From Trichosphaerium sp. ATCC 40318 (Eukaryota; Protista; Tubulinea), in the NCBI GenBank assembly GCA_038496445.1, contig JALMLS010000081.1:142214-206213 (forward strand): a stretch of DNA of 64,000 nt. The letters are read 5' to 3'. Positions 29,201 to 38,894 of this stretch are shown here, piece by piece. The position numbers were made by a program, and so were the translations under genes. Positions within the stretch are counted from its first letter, which is position 1. The number at the start of each line of letters is the position of its first letter. The notes under the pieces were generated by a model. That model was not told the DNA's origin. It worked only from the letters and a program-made list of their open reading frames with translations, and did no database searches.

Positions 29201-31200
29201 GTACCATTATTATCTGTTGTATCATTAACAAGATCAAGAATTTTGCTATTAAGCTTTGGCTTTGGTAGATTTGGGGCAGTTGGTCCTCTTCGTCTAGGTA
29301 CAGTCCTTGATGCTGTTCTGGTACCTCCCCACGATTTATTATAGTGCTTTGGCTTATTCTCTGCTGCTCTTACATCTCCGCGTTGCGCATTAAGGCGGTG
29401 AATAGGTTTAGGTTGAGCTTGAACTTGAGGTTGATAGGATTGGTCATTATCTACTCAATCGTTTAAAAAACGTTGCAATCAAGCACAGAAACAGATGAAA
29501 AAAAAGAAAAAGTGTACCCTGTGCAACCCGGTTAAGAAGAAAATCAATCGCGTCTGCCAAGTTGTTTTGAGAGTCCTTAAGTGCTGCCATAGCCTCTTCG
29601 CCAGCGAAGCCCTAAATATCAACGTGTTAGCGGTGATACGCTTCGAGCTTTGAGTTTTGTTAAAACGCACCATATTTTTCAGTTTTTGCACATTAGCATA
29701 CGAAACAGTGACTTTAACTTCACCACCTTCGTCGTCCGAATCTACAAGCGTAGGATCGATACAAGTGCGCTTAGGTTTTCGTTGTCGTGGTTTTTTCTTT
29801 GTTGCCATCCTACGACGCTTTACAGGGCGCTCAAGTACACTAGAACCTACAGGTCTTTCTCGCTTTACAGCCTAAAAGAAAAAAGTAGTTGTAAGTATCT
29901 TTTCATGAATGAACAACGTTTAAAACGCACCTGAGTAGTTTCTTCTGGTTCAGGCTTAAAAGAAGCGTCTCTGGCCTCTCCATCGCTACTATCCTCTTGC
30001 TCGTTGTCTACGTCATTTAATGACTAATTGAAGAAAAAAAAACAACAAAAAAAAAGAGGCTCGTCATTGTTATGCTTACTCTGTGCATAAGTTTGGTAGG
30101 CTGACATGATATCCTAATTATTTCTTTAGAATAGGTTATTTGATTACTTAAAAATAAAGAAAGATTAATTTACTAGCGTAAACAAAGCTTATTTTAAGTC
30201 ATCATCGTCCGTTCAACATGTTTTGCACAACGTCAAATTAAAAAAAATTCCCTAAAATAGAGCACGGTATGGTACGTACAAAATCGTCTGTAACTGTCTC
30301 CTTAACAACATTCCTACTTCTAAGCTTCGATCTCGTGGTTGGAACAAACTCATCATCATCTGTAGGATGATTACGGACGATGCTACTACCACCCAAATTT
30401 GGCGTAAAAGATGACCTATTTGACCACCTTGTACCCCTAAAATCCAATCAAAATTATTTCATACACCACTATTACGGCTTTCTTGTATTATCGAAACATT
30501 GACAAATTGTATTTTTTCAATTTTTTTTTTTTTGTTGTTTTCTTCTTCTGAAAAAAGCTGAAAAAGACAAACAAAGTTGATGGATTTGTTCCCATTTTTT
30601 CTTTATTCCATTACGGAATTTTAAAATAATATTTATACTTAAAGTACCCATTCCCATATCCCAAGCGTGACGGGTTTCCTGATTCAAATATTAGAATTGA
30701 GCAAGTGGAGAATGATTCATTTTTTTCTCACTGTTTCTTGTAGATAGCCATGCCGGTTGGTAGGTATTCGTAGTGTACGATGGTTGCGTCTTTGGAGCGG
30801 ATGGGGTATTATGCCCGTAAAAATCGAAAAACTCTGTAATTAGTTATTTTATAGCACTTCATGGGTGTTTAATCAATATCGCGTACTTCCTAGGCGTGTA
30901 TTTCCAGGAGTAACTTTTTTCTTGCGGCCGCGCGGTGAATCTACTATAAAGCCCGTGTCTCCGTAGCTATTTGACTTTTTAGCGTAATTGACGATCATAG
31001 AACGCACTCAAGCTCTTCCTCAGAAACATCGTCTTCTTCAGGTTCTAATTCGTCGTCTTCATCAATTTCAAAATCGGACTCCCTCGCCTCGTCTTCCTGA
31101 ATGCAGTAAGAAGCGATTATTCGCAGAACTGCTGTAAACTGCTTTGGTGTGCCTCAATAAAGTCAGGATCTTCAAAAACGTCATCTTCCTCGCTTTGCAT
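26247..31200 (-). CDS. SMARCAD1: SNF2-family chromatin remodeller, SMARCAD1/Fun30/ETL1-like
   Basis: [72 protein letters not shown]; long acidic/basic N-terminus with a possible CUE-like segment. Confidence 0.85.
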
Positions 31201-31285
31201 CGTTGTTGTAAGTAGACAGAATAATATAGCGCCAAATTGCCGCGCTTAAATAAAATTAGCCTAAGCTTATGCTACGGAATCTGCA

Positions 31286-33132
31286 ATGGAGGCAGTGACG
31301 GAAGAACAACCTGTACAACAGACCCCAGTTACACAAGAGAATGAAACAGCTGATAATGACACCAAAGTACAAGTTTTTACAGATGAAGTGTCTAAAGTTA
31401 CTGTACGAAGCCTTTACGTAGTTTTGGACTAATAAATGTGCAGATAGCTGTTGAAGGTTGCTGTCATGGAGAACTAGACGCTATTTACAATACAGGTATG
31501 CCACGGCGCATTTTCGTACGTACTAAACCAGCGCTGTGAAGGAAATTGAAGAAAAACATGACAAAAATATTGATTTAGTTCTACTATGCGGGGATGTACA
31601 GGTACTACGATTATATACGTTCACACCAATCCTCCACTCTAACAAAAATCGAGGCTGCGAGAAATCAGGCAGACATGGCTTCGATGGCAATGCCTCCAAC
31701 CTACCGAACTCTAGGAGACTTTCACCAATACTACAAGTAAGTACAAGCATACCACTCCTTTTTTTTCGTTAACAGCTTTCAAAGTGGCGAAAAAAAAGCT
31801 CCATACCTCACAATAATTATTGGTGGCAATCACGAAGCAGCTTTGTACTTTTGGGAGATGTACGCATGTCTACAAGTGTTACAAAAAGAAATTTTTCAAT
31901 GAACCTTCCTTCAACGTTCTCTTCGTATTCACTCTTTTAAGGCCCTTTGGAGGATGGATTGCACCGAATATTTATTACCTAGGATTCGCTGGTGTAGTAA
32001 ACTACGGTGGATTACGTATTATGGGGCTATCTGGGATCTTCAAACATTACAACTACTTTAAAGGTAATATCTCTTTTTTTTGGTGTACTAGCTGCTTGCT
32101 TTCAAGTCTCTCATGTCTATTTGACACAATAAGACCTTATATTATGTATTCAGGTCATTGGGAAGCTCCTCCTTTCACAGATAATCATTTGGTAAAGAAG
32201 AAATCGTATTACCATATTAAAGAATACCAAATATGGAGAATGTCTCTTCTCACTGGAAATTTCGATGTTGCCCTCTCCCATGACTGGCCTACAGGTGTTT
32301 ATAATCATGGTGATAAACAAACACTTCTTCGTATGAAACCATACTTTCGTCAGGAGGTAGGTGGTGTCTCTTATTTTTGATTTCAAAAAAAAAACCACTA
32401 ACTTTTTTGGATCAAAGGTTTATTCAAATAGACTTGGTAATCCACATGGCAAATACCTTTTAGACAAATTACAACCAAAGTATTGGTTTTCTGCTCATTT
32501 ACATGTTAAATTCGCTGCTGTTTGTCCACATACGCATAACAACAAAGAAACAAAGTTTCTTGCTCTTGATAAGTGCTTGCCTGGTAAACATTTCTTACAG
32601 GTAAAACACGCACTTTTCTATTTTTTTTTTTTTATTGCTGTTGTTGACGTTTTTTTGAGGTTGTTGATGTTGATTGCTCATCTGAAGGAGAAAAAAAATT
32701 AACATATGATCCAGAGTGGCTTGCTATTACTAAAATGACGTGGCGGTTCTGGCCATCAAATCATTGGCAGCTGACTGATGAGATGTAAAATCTTTTTCTT
32801 TTTTTTACCTTTTCTAAATTTCAATATTGTAGGAAGGCTATACTTACTGTTGATGATGAGACACTGTCTTGGGTTAAAAAGGAATTTAACGGAAATTATG
32901 AAATTCCTCTTAATTTTGAAAAGACTGCAAGTTTGGACTCAGAAGAGGTTAAATTGGCGCCAATCACTGACTTTACACAAAATCCTCAAACAATGGCGTT
33001 AATGAAGGTAACAAAATTTTTTTACTTTTGACCTTCTTCTCATTCATAGAAACTAACTGTATTTTCAAGCGGCTTGGTATATTTCCTACACCAATAGAAC
33101 CTGAGGCTAACCCTGAGGAGATTGAATTATGA
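31286..33132 (+). CDS. DBR1: RNA lariat debranching enzyme
   Basis: [55 protein letters not shown]; ends ANPEEIEL*(TGA). Confidence 0.96.
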
Positions 33133-33401
33133 TGTACAACCTCTTTTGTAATAAATCAATTGTTTAACCTTCTAATTGTTGCTCACCAATTCAAAAATGA
33201 ATTAAAAAAAGTGACTACGACTCCAGCTGGTGGTTCAATGCTAGGATAATCACTGTGTATGAGAACTGTTTTTCTCCGCTTTTCCCGCTACCAAGACAGG
33301 TGGAACTCACGGAGAGGCTGTAAAACAATGTACTTTGTACGTCACGCGATCGATAGGAGTTATCAAAACGTTTATTTAGTGAGTGTGGTGTCGTGTGTAC
33401 G

Positions 33402-33467
33402 AGAATAATTCTATTTCATGGCGCAAGGCTTCGAAAGAGTTTTCCAAGCGCCTATCATATTTATTCT
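33402..33467 (-). promoter_or_regulatory. SECIS element (form II) of selenoprotein copy 1
   Basis: Minus strand reads AGAAUAA-AU-AUGAU-AGGCGCUUGG-AAAA-CUCUUUCGAAG-CCUUGCGCCA-UGAA-AUAGAA-UUAUUCU: 7-bp helix I, UGAN/NGAN core, GC-rich helix II, apical As and mini-stem; starts 48 nt after the stop. Confidence 0.93.
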
Positions 33468-33514
33468 ACGCAAACAAGAGTATTCACTCGTTGTTTTGAT
33501 TGTCCAGAAGCCAT

Positions 33515-34007
33515 CTATTGAAAATTCGCTTTAATAGCGTTGATGACCTACCATTTGTTATTTTCTACGCTCAAGAACCATGATAGCGTGCCTGTGCATG
33601 GTTTGAAATGTGATGGCCTGTAGATAACTTAGAATAGTAAAGAGTTCCTTTGTGATCTGTTACTTCGAACGAACCACCCCTGGGAGTACTGTTAACCCAA
33701 TCAAAACGGACAATAAAGCTAAAATAGTATTCCAGTTACCTATTTTTCCTTCCCAAAATCGTAGCATCGTTTCCTAGAACGTTGAGGTTTGGAATTGCAG
33801 CTCTAAGCTTTTCTGCAAAAGCTGTAAAAAAAAATCTCGTTAATACGCATGTATTGACCTCTAAACGCTATTTCATACCTAGGTACTGCTTTTTGTAACC
33901 TCACATGGTACTAAAACGCGATTGTAAGTATAAACGGCTACACGGAGGTATATTATGGTTTACCAGTATTCTACGTGTATAAATCTTGCTGCTGCTCTTG
34001 CTGCCAT
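33515..34007 (-). CDS. SELENOW: Selenoprotein W-like (Rdx family), copy 1, 92 aa, Sec encoded by TGA at 33901-33903
   Basis: Exons 34007-33964, 33910-33879, 33821-33740, 33679-33592, 33547-33515 give MAARAAARFIHVEYCTMUGYKKQYLAFAEKLRAAIPNLNVLGNDATILGRKNRGGSFEVTDHKGTLYYSKLSTGHHISNHAQVINAIKANFQ; CxxUGY, GxFEV and YSK motifs; SECIS downstream. Confidence 0.92.
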
Positions 34008-36069
34008 TCTCAATTAGTGATTAAATAATGCTGTCTGGTCGCTAATTTATAGTTACGAATACTTCTGTTGACTTTCCACGGAAGCACCTTTTTTGGAATA
34101 CCCTTCCTAGGAAATGTTGCGCTATTCACGTAAAGTTGCTATTTGAATCACAAGGCATTACTTTGAGTAGAGTCTTTATTGTACATGAGCTTGTAGTCAA
34201 TAACGCCTTGATATTCTAAAAGTGTTTGTACTCCAGATCCAGATATGTGTAATGTCAAACTATCATTATTGCTAAGCGTAATGTATCCACCCGCCATTAA
34301 ACCTGACTCCACAATGTAGATACCATCCAGTTGTTTGAGTATGAGCTCTGGAGATTGAATAAACCATCCCATTTCATCCATGCTGGTTGTGTCTTGTATT
34401 CTAAGTCAGTCGACTTCTACTTAACGATTCGGCGTCTGTACGCTTCCTGCGTGCGTAGGAGATCCAAGTTCGGCTATTTGCAGTACAGAAGTGATGAGCG
34501 AAGCAAAGAAGCCGAAAACTGGGCGAGTTTTATTTGTTAACAGGCACCTCAAATGACAAGGACACTATTCGGGTTTGCCAAACGGAAAATTGTTAATGTC
34601 ACGACAAGAAGGTACGAGGTACGAGTTATAAGTTAAGTCTACTTTATTAGTCTAAGTACAAGTGTATTATTGTGACAACATAGTATCCAAAAAGGTGCTA
34701 CGTTTTTTTCAACGAAACAGTGACGGAAAGAAACGGTCCTAATTTCGGTCTTCCGTGGGGCGTCTACAGGAGTCTTTTGTAGTTAGATGAACACTTTTTA
34801 TGAGCAACTGTATGAGTAAGCAAGACTGGTTTGGAGGGAAGACAAACGTATCAGTGGCTCTAACGCAACACACGAGTAAGTGTTTATATCTTAGAACATA
34901 CATTTAACAAGTGGTATTTATGAAGGAAAAATGGATCCTCAAAGTCAGTTTTCTCAATAAATTCAGTTTTTAGGATCAGAAAAAGTTTATCCTTTTTTCA
35001 AGGGCTTGCCATCAGTTATCTGTGCTTGGCAGTATCTGGTAATCTAAGGATTGTGAGGTTGGTCAAAGTTCCTCAAACGCCTGGAATTCGTGAGAATTTA
35101 CAGCCATATGACAGTTATTTTGACACTTTCTTTTGTACACATGATAAAACGACAGAACCGGTACAACATACTGAAAGTTGCTGGCCGTCTTTACTTAAAT
35201 GTGTACCACGTGGCTTAATGTCGGTAAGAATTGTGATTTAGCCAGTGGCGGAATTCGTTAAGTCATTTTAACAAAATGCTCACTTAATCAGTTTTGATGA
35301 GGTTTAACCGCAATTACCGGGAACGAGAATGCTCGGAAACGGTAGAAACAACGCGTTTATTGCGATTAAGCACATGTTTGCCTTTTTTACCGTGTCACTA
35401 TTTTATTGACACGCAATTACAGCTTGAAAAGCGTTTATTATGTGGTTTGTTACGTAAAAGAAGCTTTCAAACGCTTGTTATCAACGACACGAAAAAATAG
35501 CAAAATTTTCTCGTCGCACAGTGCCGATCCCTGAAGGAGCGGTCCTCATTGGCGAAATAAACGTATCTGGTGAGGGTTTGGAGCTCAAAAGCGCGTGGGC
35601 ACAACTTTTTTTCCAGCGCGAGATACAAAGCATATCTGCGACAAAAGCGCACTTCATAGACCCCGTATCACCAGCGCCCACAAAATTATGAAGACTCGGC
35701 GTTGCTAGCGGGTAGTCAAAGGGCGTAATCTGCAAAATTCCGCTTGCGGAGAAATAATATAACCTCACCCTAATTGTGATTAAGTGTTTAATATTGTAAC
35801 GGACAGTTGTGAAGTATTTGCTAACTAATTTATTATCTTCTATACAAGACTTAGACGTCATCCAAACGTCATATAATCGCTAGATAGCGATATAATCACG
35901 GAGTCTCTCTGAGCACGTGAATACTCTGATAATTCAATGAATCCAATCCTCGAGACTTCTCGTCTAACATATCGTTACAAATATCACCCAGCTAAACGCA
36001 TTTAATCCCCTTCAAGTTCTCCTTTTACTTTATAACATTTGCTCAACGAAAACTAACTGTGATCATACA

Positions 36070-37092
36070 ATGGAAAAGAAAAAACAAAAACAAACCCAGT
36101 TCAACCAAGTATTCGACCTTGTTTCGCTACCAATTGAGTTAATAGTCCATATTCTCAAACAAGGGACATATACACTTCGTACAGCCCAAACGTGCATTCT
36201 TTTACGAGATATAGTTCACAACCATGTTGGGTATGGTCATATCCATATTAAAAACACAAATGAAGTTCAGATGCTTTCTGGTAGCCCATTACTCCACAAT
36301 ACGACTATTGATTTTTTTCGAGAAAAGCCAACAAACGACATTATTGCAGCATTGGCAGGTGTACACACTATCTCCTTGTATGATTGTCAATCAATAACAG
36401 ACAATGGCATTGTGGCATTGGCAGGTGTACACACTATCTCCTTGTATGGTTGTCAATCAATAACAGACAATGGCATTGCGGCATTGGCAGGTGTACACAC
36501 TATCTCCTTGTATGGTTGTCAATCAATAACAGACAATGGCATTGTGGCATTGGCAGGTGTACATGAGATTGATTTAGCACATACAAAAGTAACAGATGAA
36601 GGCATTGCGGCATTGGCAGGTGTACACACTATCTCCTTGTATGGTTGTCAATCAATAACAGACAATGGCATTGCGGCATTGGCAGGTGTATATGAGATTG
36701 ATTTATCACATACAAATGTAACAGATGAAGGCTTGAAGGCATTGGCAGGTGTACATAAGATTGATTTAGCAGGTACAAATGTAACAGATTCAGGTATTGC
36801 AGCATTGGCAGGTGTACATGTGATTAATTTAGCACATACAAATGTAACAGATGAAGGCTTGAAGGCATTGGCAGGTGTACACACTATCTACTTGTATGGT
36901 TGTCAATCAATAACAGACAATGGCATTGCGGCATTGGCAGGTGTACATAAGATTAATTAATCACATACAAATGTAACAGATGAAGGTTTGAAGGCATTGG
37001 CAGGTGTACACACTATCTCCTTGCATGGTTGTAAATCAATAACAGACAATGGCATTGCAGCATTGGCAGGTGTACATGATATTGAGTTTTAA
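36070..37092 (+). CDS. Intronless F-box plus LRR tandem-repeat protein with premature TAA at 36958-36960 (possible pseudogene)
   Basis: LVSLPIELIVHIL F-box; 21-22 aa repeats ALAGVHTISLYGCQSITDNGIA and ALAGVHxIDLxHTNVTDEGLK; repeats continue in frame past the stop to TAA at 37090-37092. Confidence 0.85.
36345..37085 (+). repeat. 63/66-bp coding tandem repeat array (about 11-12 units)
   Basis: Recurrent GCATTGGCAGGTGTACA anchor every 63 or 66 bp. Confidence 0.95.
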
Positions 37093-37562
37093 TCTCCCTC
37101 ATCACAAAAACAATCTTCACCCTAACACTTTTTCACTAAACGCTATTTTGTAGCCTTAAAACGTACAGAAACGCAGTGTAGTCATTGTAAGTAATAAAAT
37201 TAGCGTTTAAGTTACTTGTGTAATCTGTATTTTTAAGAAAGCAACACATTAAACATAAGTTCTGGATGAAGCAGATGTTGCTTAGCTTCGGAAGATACCT
37301 CTATTTCTTTGAAGGTAAAAGGAACAGGCTCAGTAATGTCCCATGCACAAGTCTTCTTGTAAACAAACCCTTTCTTATTGCCATACTATTAGGCCGTTTG
37401 TGCTAATTTGAAGATGACTCGATGCATCATTCATAGAGAAACGTTGCGCTTATGTGTCAAACGTTTGTTGATGTGTAATGCTGTCACACAACCAAAACAA
37501 GCCTATCACAACTTACTTAAGCGAATTCATCTATCCTTATATTTAAGGGCTGAGTAAGAGAT

Positions 37563-38739
37563 TTACATTAACAAACATTTGTTTTTCTGTTGCTTATGTA
37601 CTCCAAAATGTATACCGGTGTGTTGTAGAGCAACCAAGAGTGCCTCCAAAAATACTACAAAAAAAAGAGTTTCAACATGTGAAAGTTTTAGCACATGGTG
37701 CTATTTGCATAAACATACCGTCTCCAACACCTCTACCCTCCTTAGAACTCACTTCAATGTAACTATAAGCCTATTTTCACATGAGATACAAGTTGTTGAT
37801 TGGGACTAAAACACAATATGAGTTCCATGTACTTGTATTTCCCTTGCCAATTGGTAACCTTGTTCAGTCACGATTATCCTATCTTTTGAAGTTGTTTGTC
37901 TTAAATCTGATTTTGTTCCAACTAGTATAACAGGTATATTTGAAATATTGTGGTCCTTCTCGTATTCCAACTTCTCCATGAGCCACTAAAATAGTGTTTC
38001 TCAGTAAAATACACTTGTTTTTCGGTAGGTACTTTTGTTTTTATGTTTCTAAAACTTTGTGGGTTGACAAGGCTGAAGCACAATAAAAACAAATTCTAAA
38101 AGACACGCAACAGTTAGTAATATATGTGCATTGAAACCTGTATGGAGTACTGAATTGTTGTAGGAGTAAAAAACTCGAACATTTGCATACTCACTGTTTC
38201 CTTCAGTATCAGTCACCTCTGTACAGACTGTCATCAAGTTGAACGTGGTTGCTGTGTATTTTCTTTTATAAAGGAATTCAATTGATACCTATTTCTATTG
38301 GTGCACCAAAGTGAACAGTGAATGAACTACAACAGTGAGCATAGAACTTAATTTTTTCAGAAAATGATGTTTCGGAACACGTGATTTATTACAAAAACAA
38401 ACAAGTTATTTGGTTAGTGCGTACTATGAATCAGCAACATTGGGAGCAAAATCTAGAGGAAACGTTCCAGCTAAAAAGCACAAAACTAAGCGATTGCAAA
38501 GATTCCAAAAACTCAATTTTGCACTTTTGTCTTTGGCTACACTAAGCCCACAATATGGTTTTATTAATGGATCTGCATTACTCACTTGCGTATGTTATGA
38601 CCAGAGATGTTTTACCTTCAAACCGAGTTATTTAAACACCCAATACTCCAAAACAGATTCAAAAATTCCCGTTAGTGATACCTACACCGGCGTCACCAGT
38701 AACAACCATTTTTATGCGTTTTGTTGCTTTATTCGCCAT
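37563..38739 (-). CDS. Atypical Rho/Rac-family small GTPase with CAAX box, spliced
   Basis: KMVVTGDAGVGKTSL; FPLDFAPNVADSY; DTEGNSEY; LFLLCFSLVNPQSF; ILVGTKSDL; YIEVSSK; ends KNKCLLM*. Confidence 0.88.
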
Positions 38740-38894
38740 GTGATAGTAGTTGTTTGTAAAAAATTGACTGAACTGAATGCCCTTGACTTCCCCTTTTAAG
38801 TTGGTTGATGTAAAATGAAATATTACTACATTATTTTTAAAGGGGTGCTCTTTAATAGTAGAGCACGTGCTCTAGGAGACTCTTTTTTTTTTTG

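Larger units (their letters stand above)
33270..34135. repeat. Segmental duplication unit A (paired with about 55310-56140, same orientation)
   Basis: Near-identical over about 33361-33560 versus 55395-55596; lower identity through the exons and upstream (TTCACGTAAA and GTTGACTTT shared). Confidence 0.9.

Noticed and set aside
34148-34381. 77-aa ORF upstream of selenoprotein copy 1 as an extra exon or partner gene
   Set aside because: Not conserved upstream of copy 2 and no recognisable family
35540-35560. U4 snRNA-like GCCAATGAGG on the minus strand
   Set aside because: Flanks do not match the U4 5' stem or the U6-pairing segments
36345-37085. CRISPR-like array
   Set aside because: Units are 63 or 66 bp, in frame and protein coding (LRR), with no unique spacers; the context is eukaryotic
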